DNA from: Minisyncoccota bacterium
GTDB taxonomy: Bacteria; Patescibacteriota; Minisyncoccia; UBA6257
DNA: 64,000 nt
Assembly (NCBI GenBank): GCA_028694995.1
Contig: JAQVJU010000001.1
Location: 173,318-237,317, forward strand
Direction: 5' to 3'
Position 1 is the first letter of the stretch, and every line of letters begins with the position of its first letter. The position numbers and the translations under genes are program-made. The notes beneath the pieces are model-generated. The model worked only from the letters and a program-made list of their open reading frames with translations. It ran no database searches and had not been told where the DNA came from. This document shows, one piece after another, positions 1 to 9,033 of this stretch.

Positions 1-1
1 A

Positions 2-1270
2 GCAGAGGATCATTATTCAGCTCAACTTTACCCACGCTCTAATATGGGGCAGATAATATATCTAAACTTTGATGATGTTTTATTATTATCTCTTGATAAT
101 CTTAGCTATCATCTTGCTCATGAATTTTTACATTTAATCACCTTAAATCAAAATCCAAAAGAAGAAATTTGGCTTAATGAAGCCAGGGCAGAATATACAG
201 AAACTTTATTAGGGTATGGAGGACAATGGGATCAGAGTAGTGTACGAAATAGGCTGCAGCAATTTTTAAGAGGCACTGAACTTTCTTTGTTAAATTGGAA
301 TAATAGCAGCTATGATTATGCCAAAGTTAATTTATTGGCGCATTATTTAGTTGATTTTTACGATGTTGATATATTAGTTGATTCTTTAAAATCTCCTTTT
401 AGTGGTATTGATGCTTTAAATTATGCTTTTAAAAAAAACGGATTTTCTGAAGATTTTTCAATTGTTTTTATGAATTGGGTTATTGCAAATGCTGTTAATA
501 ATTGTTCTTTAGGAGAAAAATATTGCTATCAGAGTAGTTTCTTGCAGGATTTTACATTGTTTCCCTATACTTATTATTTGCCAATTCAAAACAAGAGCTC
601 TCTGTCAGTCACTGATTCAATTAAAAACTGGGAGGCAAAATGGCAAAAGATCATGGGGGGTTCTGGGATGATTAAATTAAAATTTACAATTCCTGAGCAA
701 ACACCAATTGATAAAATTCCATACATAATAGAGAGTGTTGAAGGTAAGAAAACTATAGGTTTTTTTGATTTTTCTGCAACAAATATTCAAGAGGTATATA
801 TTGAAGGAATGGGGGCTAAAAATAAAGCTGTCTACTTTATTCCTTTTATTGCTTCTTTTGGCAATGAAGAAAATAAAACTTATTATTATTCTTGGGAAGT
901 GATAAACGTTGAGTTAAATAAACAACAAGAAGAAGAAATAATTCAAGCATTGTTAAAAAAAATTGATGAATTGAAAAGACAAGTAGTCCTTTTGCAAACG
1001 CAAATAGCAATGCAAAAAACATATCAAAACAGTCTTAGTTGTTCAATTTTTTCCCAGGATTTATATTATGGGATGAATTCTTCTGAAGTGGAATGTCTTC
1101 AGCAATTTTTAGTTAATATAGGAAATGATATCTATCCGGAAAAATTAGTAACTGGTTATTTTGGGCCATTGACTCAAGCTGCAGTTCAAAGATACCAGGC
1201 ATTTAAGGGAATAATTACTACTGGTTATTTTGGGCCTTTAACAAGAATAGCAGCTAATCAAAATTTATAA
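2..1270 (+). CDS. 5'-truncated secreted metallopeptidase-like protein (HExxH) with coiled-coil and two C-terminal peptidoglycan-binding (PG_binding_1-like) repeats
   Basis: Frame is open from position 2 to the window edge, so the gene starts upstream; the first ATG is at 44. The zincin motif HEFLH (LAHEFLHLI) lies near the visible N-terminus. The C-terminus carries two tandem repeats of LVTGYFGP-LT-AAVQRYQAFKG, typical of PG-binding domain 1. A KQQEEEIIQALLKKIDELKRQVVLLQTQ coiled coil sits between them. Confidence 0.5.
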   Translation, partial: AEDHYSAQLYPRSNMGQIIYLNFDDVLLLSLDNLSYHLAHEFLHLITLNQNPKEEIWLNEARAEYTETLLGYGGQWDQSSVRNRLQQFLRGTELSLLNWNNSSYDYAKVNLLAHYLVDFYDVDILVDSLKSPFSGIDALNYAFKKNGFSEDFSIVFMNWVIANAVNNCSLGEKYCYQSSFLQDFTLFPYTYYLPIQNKSSLSVTDSIKNWEAKWQKIMGGSGMIKLKFTIPEQTPIDKIPYIIESVEGKKTIGFFDFSATNIQEVYIEGMGAKNKAVYFIPFIASFGNEENKTYYYSWEVINVELNKQQEEEIIQALLKKIDELKRQVVLLQTQIAMQKTYQNSLSCSIFSQDLYYGMNSSEVECLQQFLVNIGNDIYPEKLVTGYFGPLTQAAVQRYQAFKGIITTGYFGPLTRIAANQNL

Positions 1271-1363
1271 GCGATAATGTGTTGTTAATGTGATTGGAGG
1301 AGCGGAGGATTGTTATTAAAGGTGCTATATTTTAGTTTCTATTCAAGTTAATTGTAAAATATT

Positions 1364-3694
1364 ATGAAAATTAATTTAAAAACTATAATTTTTTATCTTA
1401 TAATTGCAAGTTTGTTTAGCCCTTTTTTCGTTAATATTCAAACTTATTTTCCTTTTATTATTGGTAAGGCAACGGTTTTTCGTATAATTATCGGCTTAAT
1501 GATTATACTCTGGACTTTATGGATGCTAGGAGAACGAAATTCTGATTTAGAAAAAAAGAGGACATTTTTTAATCTTTTAGCAAAAGCAGTAATTGTTTTT
1601 GGAGTTATTATTTTTATTTCTGCTTTATTCGGAGCAAATTTTAATTACAGTTTTTTTTCTAATAATGAGAGAATGGAAGGAGTGTTAGGAATTTGGTATT
1701 TTATTGCTTTCTTTTCAATTATTGTAACAACCTTTAATTATTTAGAGATAGAAAAGATTCTCAAAATACAGTCAGGCATAGGTGTGTTTTATTCAATTTT
1801 AGCAATTTTCGCTTACTCTGGGATAGGGAGAATTACAGCCCAATTAACTGGTGAGCGTTTGGCTGGTTATACTGGTAATCCTTCTTTTTTTGCTGTTTAT
1901 TTACTCTTTAATTCCTTTTTGGCTTTATATTTTTATTTTAAAGGATTTGAGTTATTGCGATTGAAGCAAAATAATTTTAGCAATAAGATTTCATCATTTG
2001 CTGCGTTTTTCCCTTGTAATGATAGTATAATTTGGTTCTTAATTTTTTTAGGACAAAGTCTTTTGCTTTTTGCCACTTTAACAAGAGGAGCAATGGTGGG
2101 TTACTTAATAAGCATCATTTTTATTGCTTTATCAATAATTTTTCTTTCCAAAGACAATAACTTATTGTCTTTAAAAAGATTTTCAATATTGTTTTTAATT
2201 TTGATTTTAGGGACATCTATTTTTGCTTTTGTTGGTAAAAATACTGATTTTGTAAAAAATAATTCAATTTTAAGTAGGTTTGCTTCTATTTCATTAACAG
2301 ATCCTACAGCTAAGTCTCGTATTTTTTCTGCTGGTACTGCTTGGCAAAGTTTTCTGCAAAAACCTTTATTTGGTTGGGGTCAAGAAAATTATGAAGCTGC
2401 TTATGTGACAAATTTTAATCCTGAGGTTATGAAATATTTACCTGAAGATTTTTATTTTGATAGGGCCCATAATAAACCAATGGAAGTCTTGGCGACAAAT
2501 GGAATTTTTGGATTTTTATCTTATTTGTCTCTTTTTTGTATTGCTTTTTATTTTTTAAATTACTTAAGGAGAAAAAAAGAATGGTTTTTGCCCTCACTAG
2601 CCTTAGGGGGTTGTTTAATAGGGTATTTTGTTCAGAATGTTTTTCTTTTTGATTTTCATGAAAGCTATTTAATGTTTTTTTTGGTCTTAGCTTTTATTGC
2701 CTCACTTGTAGAGATAAAATTGCCTCACTCTTCGAAAACTTGTCTTATGGTAAAAGATAAAAAAGGTTATGCTTCGAAAATAGGCAAGACATTAATAATA
2801 ATTGTTATTATTTGTTTGGTTACCTTTTCTACCATTCAATGGGTTATTAAGCCCTACTTAGTAAGTAACGGAATTTTTAGAGTGGGCCATTTTATGAAGC
2901 AAGGCCAAGGAGAAGATTCTTTTCAAGAGTTAAAAAGAATAATCAATAATCCGACTTTTTTTGAAGTTGATATTGTTATTGCAGTAAAGAAAATGTATTC
3001 TTTACGTAGTTTTAAAATTGAAGAAGAGGAGAAAAAAAGAATATTAGAATTATTAATTATTGTCGCTGAAAAGAAAGCGAAAGAAATGCCGTGGCGTTTT
3101 AGTTTAGTAAACGCCAAGGCTGATCTGGAAACGATACTTTCTCAATGGGATCAAAAATGGCTTTTAAAAGCTGAAGAATCAACGGAAATGATGCTTTCTA
3201 AATTCCCTTATTTTCCGAGCTCTCATTTATTTGCCGCAAAGCTTTTTCTTTTAAAAGGAGAGGTTAAAAAAGGCATCCAAGAAATACAAAAAGTTATAGA
3301 AATTGATCCAAAAATCGCTACCGCTTATTATATTTTAGGAGTAGCTTATAATGAATTGAATGATATAGGAAAAGCGAATGAAAATTTTATTAAGGCAGCT
3401 AAGCTTAATTATCCTTTTGCAGATAAAAATCAAATTTTATATGTGTTGAGTCTTTTGATACCTGAGAAAGAGTATTTAATAGTAGAAAATCTTTATTTAA
3501 GAGCAATTCAATTAGATTCTCAAGATGATTCTTTGTATCGAGGTTTGGCAGCTACATATGCTAAATTACAAAACAAAGGCAAAGCTATTGAATATGCTAA
3601 AAAAGCTGTAGAATTAAACCCAGCAGCTAAAGAAGCAGCAGAAGAATTTATTCAATTAGTAGAAGAAGAACAATGGGATTTAATAGGTGATTAA
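1364..3694 (+). CDS. O-antigen ligase (Wzy_C)-family polytopic membrane protein fused to a C-terminal TPR-repeat domain
   Basis: More than 10 predicted TM helices and a Wzy_C-like core (TRGAMVGYLISIIF region). The C-terminal ~250 aa are TPR-like repeats (YYILGVAYNELNDIGKANENFIKAAKLNYPFA..., YAKLQNKGKAIEYAKKAVELNP). Confidence 0.6.
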   Translation: MKINLKTIIFYLIIASLFSPFFVNIQTYFPFIIGKATVFRIIIGLMIILWTLWMLGERNSDLEKKRTFFNLLAKAVIVFGVIIFISALFGANFNYSFFSNNERMEGVLGIWYFIAFFSIIVTTFNYLEIEKILKIQSGIGVFYSILAIFAYSGIGRITAQLTGERLAGYTGNPSFFAVYLLFNSFLALYFYFKGFELLRLKQNNFSNKISSFAAFFPCNDSIIWFLIFLGQSLLLFATLTRGAMVGYLISIIFIALSIIFLSKDNNLLSLKRFSILFLILILGTSIFAFVGKNTDFVKNNSILSRFASISLTDPTAKSRIFSAGTAWQSFLQKPLFGWGQENYEAAYVTNFNPEVMKYLPEDFYFDRAHNKPMEVLATNGIFGFLSYLSLFCIAFYFLNYLRRKKEWFLPSLALGGCLIGYFVQNVFLFDFHESYLMFFLVLAFIASLVEIKLPHSSKTCLMVKDKKGYASKIGKTLIIIVIICLVTFSTIQWVIKPYLVSNGIFRVGHFMKQGQGEDSFQELKRIINNPTFFEVDIVIAVKKMYSLRSFKIEEEEKKRILELLIIVAEKKAKEMPWRFSLVNAKADLETILSQWDQKWLLKAEESTEMMLSKFPYFPSSHLFAAKLFLLKGEVKKGIQEIQKVIEIDPKIATAYYILGVAYNELNDIGKANENFIKAAKLNYPFADKNQILYVLSLLIPEKEYLIVENLYLRAIQLDSQDDSLYRGLAATYAKLQNKGKAIEYAKKAVELNPAAKEAAEEFIQLVEEEQWDLIGD

Positions 3695-3707
3695 ATCAAT
3701 TTAATTT

Positions 3708-5849
3708 ATGAGGCAAGTAGTTTTTAAAAAAGGAAAAGTTTTAGTAGAAGAGGTGCCAGCACCAGGTTGTGGCGCTAATAAGGTTTTAGTTGAAAATCTT
3801 TATTCTTTGATTTCTTCAGGCACAGAATTATCAAGTTTGAGTTTTGCTAAACAACCTTTGCCTTTGAAGATTTTGAAATATCCAACAAAATTAGCTAAAG
3901 GATTAAGATTAGCTAAAGAGCGTGGTTTTATTGGCGCCTATAAGATAGTTAATGAGATGTTAGAATCAGGAATTACTCCTGGTTATAGTTGTTGCGGTCA
4001 AGTAGTAAAAGTGGGTAAAGATATTAATGATATTAAAAAAGATGATTTGGTTGTTTGCGCTGGAGCTAATATTGCCTCTCATGCTGAATTTATAGCTGTG
4101 CCTCGGAATTTAATAGCTAAGGTTCCAATAGGTGTTGAACCAGAAGAAGCTTGTTCAGCCACAATAGGCGCAATTGCCTTACAAGGCATTAGACAAGCAG
4201 ATTTAAGAATTGGAGAAAGTGCTGTTGTTATTGGTTTGGGATTAGTAGGTCAATTAACAACCCAGATGCTTTTAGCTAATGGTATTAAAACTATTGGCAT
4301 TGAATTATCTAAAGAAAGAATTAAAAAAGCTAAAGAAAATGGTTTAAATGATGCTTTTTCTCCTAAAGATAAAAATCTTTTAAATAAAATACATGCATTA
4401 ACTGATTTTCAAGGTGTTGATGCTACAATCATTACTGCAGCTGATTCATCAAATAATGAAATTATTAATCAGGCAATGCTTTTGACTAGAAAAAGAGGCA
4501 AGGTAGTAGTAGTGGGTGATATTGGATTAAAGATAGAAAGATTGCCTTGGTATGAAAAAGAAATTGATTTAAGAATTGCCACTTCTTATGGCCCAGGCAG
4601 AAATGATGAACAATATGAAATTCAAGGCAAAGATTATCCTTATGCTTATGTTCGTTGGACAGAAAACAGGAATCTACAAGCTTATCTAGAATTATTACAA
4701 GAAAAGAAAATTAATTTTTCTTCATTGGTTCAAGGAAAATATGCTTTAGAACAAGCTGATTTAGCTTATAAACTATTAAATTCTTCTAAAAAACCTTTAG
4801 CAGTTTTATTAACTTATGCCACTGCTTTAAAAGAAAAAGATTCTGAACAATCAATTCAAGTTTGTTCACCTTTAGTACCAGAAGGCAAGATACAAGTAGG
4901 ATTGATTGGTGTTGGTAGTTTTATGCAATTAGTTCATTTGCCTAACCTGAGAAAACTCAAAGAATTTTATCAGATTAGAGGAATTTGTGTTACCGATCAG
5001 GTAAAGGCAAAACATTTTGCTCAACGATATGGAGCGACTATGGCAACAACTGATTATCATGAACTTTTAAACCAACCAGAGATAGATTTAATCATGATTG
5101 CAACCAGGCATAATTTACATGCGCCAATGATTATTGACGCTTTAAAAGCTGGCAAGAATGTTTTTGTGGAAAAACCTTTATGCTTGACTGAGCAAGAACT
5201 GGATGATATTATACAAACCTTGAAAATACAAAGCTTAGAGCAGCCAATTAGTTTAGCCGTAGGTTTTAATCGTCGTTTTTCTCCTTTTATTCAAAGGATT
5301 AAAGAAATTATTAGTGAACGTAGAAGTCCTTTAATAATCAATTACCGGGTTAATGATTCATATTTAGCTCCTAGCCATTGGGTTAACACTACAGAAGGGG
5401 GAGGCAGGATTCTTGGCAATGCTTGTCATATGTTTGACTTGTTTTGTTATCTTACTGAATCAGAGTCAGAAAAAATACAATCTTTTGCCATTAACCCACA
5501 ACAAAGTTTTTATCTCACTACTGATAATTTTATTGCTGGGATTCAATTTAAAGATGGTTCAGTGGCTAATTTGGTTTATACAACTCAAGGAGATGAGAAA
5601 TTATCTAAAGAATATTTAGAGGTTTATTCAGAAGGTCAGGTTTTTGTCTTAGATGATTTTAAAAGCTTAAGAACTTATGGCTTAAAAGCTGGAATGAAAA
5701 CTTCTAAACAACAAAAAGGGTTATTAGAAGAACTTCAAAGCCTAGCTGTTTGTTTGCACCAGAGAAGATGGCCAATGCCTTTGGAGGAAATTATTAATGC
5801 AACTAAAATTAGCTTAGAAGTTGATAAACAAGTAAGAGAAAAGGAATAA
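3708..5849 (+). CDS. Two-domain oxidoreductase: N-terminal MDR/zinc-type alcohol dehydrogenase-like domain fused to a C-terminal Gfo/Idh/MocA NAD(P)-binding oxidoreductase
   Basis: The N-terminus (MRQVVFKKGKVLVEEVPAP..., Rossmann motif VIGLGLVGQLTTQML) is MDR-like. The C-terminal half (IQVGLIGVGSFMQLVHLPNL..., IDLIMIATRHNLHAPMIIDALKAGKNVFVEKPL) is typical Gfo/Idh/MocA. Confidence 0.7.
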   Translation: MRQVVFKKGKVLVEEVPAPGCGANKVLVENLYSLISSGTELSSLSFAKQPLPLKILKYPTKLAKGLRLAKERGFIGAYKIVNEMLESGITPGYSCCGQVVKVGKDINDIKKDDLVVCAGANIASHAEFIAVPRNLIAKVPIGVEPEEACSATIGAIALQGIRQADLRIGESAVVIGLGLVGQLTTQMLLANGIKTIGIELSKERIKKAKENGLNDAFSPKDKNLLNKIHALTDFQGVDATIITAADSSNNEIINQAMLLTRKRGKVVVVGDIGLKIERLPWYEKEIDLRIATSYGPGRNDEQYEIQGKDYPYAYVRWTENRNLQAYLELLQEKKINFSSLVQGKYALEQADLAYKLLNSSKKPLAVLLTYATALKEKDSEQSIQVCSPLVPEGKIQVGLIGVGSFMQLVHLPNLRKLKEFYQIRGICVTDQVKAKHFAQRYGATMATTDYHELLNQPEIDLIMIATRHNLHAPMIIDALKAGKNVFVEKPLCLTEQELDDIIQTLKIQSLEQPISLAVGFNRRFSPFIQRIKEIISERRSPLIINYRVNDSYLAPSHWVNTTEGGGRILGNACHMFDLFCYLTESESEKIQSFAINPQQSFYLTTDNFIAGIQFKDGSVANLVYTTQGDEKLSKEYLEVYSEGQVFVLDDFKSLRTYGLKAGMKTSKQQKGLLEELQSLAVCLHQRRWPMPLEEIINATKISLEVDKQVREKE

Positions 5850-5868
5850 TATCTGGGGATAAAAAGAC

Positions 5869-5897
5869 TTGACAAATAAAGAATTATATACTACAAT
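5869..5897 (+). promoter_or_regulatory. Sigma70-like promoter TTGACA-17-TACAAT facing the GC-rich intergenic island
   Basis: TTGACA at 5869-5874, a 17-nt spacer, then TACAAT. The extended motif AAAGACTTGACAAAT is repeated identically at 63074-63088. Confidence 0.4.
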
Positions 5898-5899
5898 AA

Positions 5900-6075
5900 G
5901 TTGTAGGGTTTTGAAAATTAAAAGGACTTATTAATCTGTGGGCACGCAAGTATTTGCTTGTTTGGGGATTATTTGCAGATGGGTATTTTGGACTTAGGCC
6001 TGGAATATACCTCGGGATAATCTTGAACTCCCACTTTGGGATTATTTGCCTGCAGATTAATGAGCCCTTTTTTTA
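5900..6075 (+). ncRNA. Candidate small structured RNA of unassigned family in a 228-nt GC-rich intergenic island
   Basis: No ORF longer than 13 codons. GC content is locally elevated against an AT-rich background. There is a promoter upstream, a 13-nt direct repeat GGGATTATTTGC (about 5962 and 6038), and the island ends in GAGCCC followed by T7. Confidence 0.25.
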
Positions 6076-6077
6076 AT

Positions 6078-8972
6078 TTAAATTCCTAAAACTCTTTTAA
6101 TTTCTTCCCAAGAAGTTTGGCCTAAAAGAACCTTAATTGTTCCATCATCTATTAATTTGGGAAAATCTACTTGAGTTAAGTCTTTTGTTTGGGCAGGAGG
6201 AATTAAAGTTTCAAAAATTCCAATTTGTCCTTGATAACCTGTAAAACTACATTGAGCACATCCTTTAGCTTGAAAAATGTACTCTGGTTGTTTGTATTCA
6301 GGAAATTGTTTTAAAGCTTTTTTAGCATAAGGAATGATTTCTTTAGGGATTTTTACTTTTTCTTTACAATGAGAACAGAGGCAACGAATTAATCTCTGGG
6401 CAATAACAAGATTAATACCAGCAATCATTTCTTCTGATGGAATTTCCAAGCTTTTTAATCTGGAAACAACACCTAAAGCATCATTAGTATGAATAGTTGA
6501 GAAAACAAGATGACCAGTTAATGAAGCTTCCCAAACAAGTTGGGCTGTTTCTTTATCTCTGATTTCTCCAATCAAGAAGATATTTGGGTTTTGGCGAAGT
6601 AAACTGCGAAGGGCTTTAGCAAAGGTATATCCTTTTTCTTCATTAATTTGTGTTTGGATAATATTAGGCAAACGATATTCAATTGGATCTTCTACGGTGA
6701 TTATTTTAACATCAGGTTTAGCTAATTTTTTAAGCAAAGAGAATAAAGTGGTTGTTTTTCCAGAAGAAGTTGGGCCAGCAGCTAAAATGAGCCCAACTTT
6801 TTTTTCTAGGATTTTTTCAACTTTTTCTTGGGTTGAAGGAAGAAAACCTAATTTTTCTAATTCAAGCATTGAAGTTTCACCACCTAAGATTCTTATAGAG
6901 GCACTTTCTCCATAACCACCAGGGATAATAGAAAGACGAAGATCAAATGATTGGTCAGGTAAAATTAAACGAAATCTGCCCTCTTGGACTTTTTGAGTTT
7001 CCTCAGTTTTTAATCCACTGAGGTTTTTTATTTCATTAATTATCTTTGGATAATCAGTAATGTTAAAAGAAGCTAAAGGATGAAGAACACCATCAATTCT
7101 TTGCCTGACTAGGCCTTGTTTTTCTTCTGGCTCAAAATGAGCATCAGTGGCTCTAGATTTTAGAGCTGAAGCAAGGATAAAACCAATTTGTTTTTCTGCA
7201 GATTGGTTTTTTAATAAAGACGCTATGGGTTTATTATCTTGGAGCAATTGCTCTATTTTTTTTAATTCTTGAGAAGTGACAGTGACGCCACGAATTAAAA
7301 TTTGTGAAAAAAGTTCTTTATAAAGATCTTGAATGTATGAAATATCACCAGCAACTCTAATTACTTCTTCTAAAGAAGTGATGCCTTCAATTGTTTTTAA
7401 TAATCCATCATGGAATAGAGGCACCATACCTTCATCGATTGCTGTAGTTCTTAATTCATTTTGATCTGCTTCTTGTTTGATTTTTTGAATAATACGTGGA
7501 CTCATTGTAAAGTGTTCAAAAATACCTATTTGTTCTTTATATCCTAGCCAATGGCATTTTTCACAGCCTTTAGCTTTAAAAAGAACAGGAATATCTTTAG
7601 GAATAGCAACTTTGCTTTTAGGAGAAAGAATGCTAAAAGCATTAATTAATTGTTCTTTGATTTCAGGAGAAGGAGTGTATTGTTCTTTACAATCAGGGCA
7701 AAGACGCCTAATTAATCTTTGGGCAATAACCAATCTTAGGGAATTGGTAATAGTTGAAGAATCAGCGCCAAGCTCTAATAATCGGGCTATAGTGCCACAG
7801 GCTTCATTTGTATGCAAGGTAGAAAAGACAAGATGACCAGTTAAAGAAGCTTGAAGCGCTGTTCTGACAGTTTCTGAGTCTCTCATTTCTCCTACCATTA
7901 CTACATCTGGGTCTTGGCGGAGAATTGATTTTAAACCATTGGCAAAATCATATCTTTTAGTCACTTGGGTTTGATTAACGCCAGGAATATTGTATTCAAT
8001 AGGATCTTCTAAGGTAATGATTTTAATCCCTGGAGAAACTTTTTCTTTTAGAAAAGTATAGAGGGTTGTTGTTTTACCAGAACCAGTTGGCCCAGTAAGT
8101 AAGACCATTCCATTAGGAGCAGAAATTGTTTGTTTAAAAATCTTAGCACTATTAAGACTAACTCCTAAATCACTTAAACCAAAAGCGCCCCGTCGAGGAT
8201 TTAAAAGACGGAAAACCAAATATTCTCCTTGAGGGCCAGGAAGACTAGAGGCACGAACATCTATAAAATCTTTATTGTTTTGAATAGTAAAACGTCCGTT
8301 TTGAGAAACAGTTTCAATATTTAATTTTAATCCAGCTAATAATTTTAATCTCTGATTAAGAGTGTGGTATTTCTTTTTGTCAATTTCACAAACATCATAC
8401 AAGACACCATCAACACGGAAACGAATCAAGGCCTGATCTGTTTGGGGTTCAATATGAATATCTGAAGCATCAATGATAACAGCTGATTTAAGAATTAATG
8501 AAACTAAAGTAGTTACATCTTCAGCAGGTATTGTTAATAATTTTTCATGAAGGTCATTGAATTCTATAGATTCAGCCTGAGTGATTTCTATAAAATGAGT
8601 TAATTCTGTTAAACGCGGACGGACAAAAGTATAATTTTTCCAAGCTTGATTTAAGCCTTCTTGAGTGGCAACAAAGGTCTTTATCTTATATCCTTGTTTT
8701 TCTAAATCACTGATGATTTTTAAAGCTTTAAAATTAGCTGGATCTAAGACAGCAAGATTAATTTTATTGCCTATTCTTTGAAATACAACCAAGCTAGCTT
8801 CTTTAGCTTCTTGTTCAGGGACAATGCCCAGAGCACTGGTTTCTATAGGGGTTTTTCTCAAATCAATGTAGGCAAGATTTTGTTTTAGAGCTAATTCTTG
8901 AGCGGCTCTTTCTTTAGATTCTTGCCAAAGGGATTTTATTTTTTCTTCTCTTTTTTTTGTTAAATCACTCAT
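6078..8972 (-). CDS. Tandem-duplicated type II/IV secretion system ATPase: two complete GspE/PilB-like units in one 964-aa protein
   Basis: Unit 1 has Walker A LLTGPTGSGKTTTLY, Asp box IITLEDPIEY, Walker B DVVMVGEMRD, His box GHLVFSTLHTN and the tetracysteine CPDCK...CEKC. Unit 2 has ILAAGPTSSGKTTTLF, IITVEDPIEY, NIFLIGEIRD, GHLVFSTIHTN and CSHCK...CAQC. An N-terminal GSPII_E_N-like region is also present. Confidence 0.85.
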   Translation of the reverse strand: MSDLTKKREEKIKSLWQESKERAAQELALKQNLAYIDLRKTPIETSALGIVPEQEAKEASLVVFQRIGNKINLAVLDPANFKALKIISDLEKQGYKIKTFVATQEGLNQAWKNYTFVRPRLTELTHFIEITQAESIEFNDLHEKLLTIPAEDVTTLVSLILKSAVIIDASDIHIEPQTDQALIRFRVDGVLYDVCEIDKKKYHTLNQRLKLLAGLKLNIETVSQNGRFTIQNNKDFIDVRASSLPGPQGEYLVFRLLNPRRGAFGLSDLGVSLNSAKIFKQTISAPNGMVLLTGPTGSGKTTTLYTFLKEKVSPGIKIITLEDPIEYNIPGVNQTQVTKRYDFANGLKSILRQDPDVVMVGEMRDSETVRTALQASLTGHLVFSTLHTNEACGTIARLLELGADSSTITNSLRLVIAQRLIRRLCPDCKEQYTPSPEIKEQLINAFSILSPKSKVAIPKDIPVLFKAKGCEKCHWLGYKEQIGIFEHFTMSPRIIQKIKQEADQNELRTTAIDEGMVPLFHDGLLKTIEGITSLEEVIRVAGDISYIQDLYKELFSQILIRGVTVTSQELKKIEQLLQDNKPIASLLKNQSAEKQIGFILASALKSRATDAHFEPEEKQGLVRQRIDGVLHPLASFNITDYPKIINEIKNLSGLKTEETQKVQEGRFRLILPDQSFDLRLSIIPGGYGESASIRILGGETSMLELEKLGFLPSTQEKVEKILEKKVGLILAAGPTSSGKTTTLFSLLKKLAKPDVKIITVEDPIEYRLPNIIQTQINEEKGYTFAKALRSLLRQNPNIFLIGEIRDKETAQLVWEASLTGHLVFSTIHTNDALGVVSRLKSLEIPSEEMIAGINLVIAQRLIRCLCSHCKEKVKIPKEIIPYAKKALKQFPEYKQPEYIFQAKGCAQCSFTGYQGQIGIFETLIPPAQTKDLTQVDFPKLIDDGTIKVLLGQTSWEEIKRVLGI

Positions 8973-9033
8973 AGTTTTATTATATCATTCTAAGGTTCTT
9001 TAGAAAAGCTAATTATTATGTTAAAATTAGATA

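Noticed and set aside
2923-3117. Short antisense or embedded ORFs: 2923-3117, 5413-5619, 6697-6915, 7612-7836, 10693-10947, 11669-11854, 13076-13447, 18131-18316, 22734-23057, 25322-25525, 27826-28104, 29584-29895, 30457-30681, 32265-32456, 33481-35537 group, 36909-37154, 39110-39920 group, 42140-43225 group, 45311-45493, 47232-47420, 49267-51257 group, 52147-52347, 59346-59531, 63204-63440
   Set aside because: All lie inside or antisense to well-supported longer genes, have low-complexity AT-codon-driven composition and no recognisable motifs. They are shadow ORFs.
5900-6077. Possibility that the 5850-6077 island encodes a small protein or a tRNA
   Set aside because: The longest ORF is 13 codons (MGILDLGLEYTSG). 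No cloverleaf with a T-loop or anticodon arm could be drawn on either strand.
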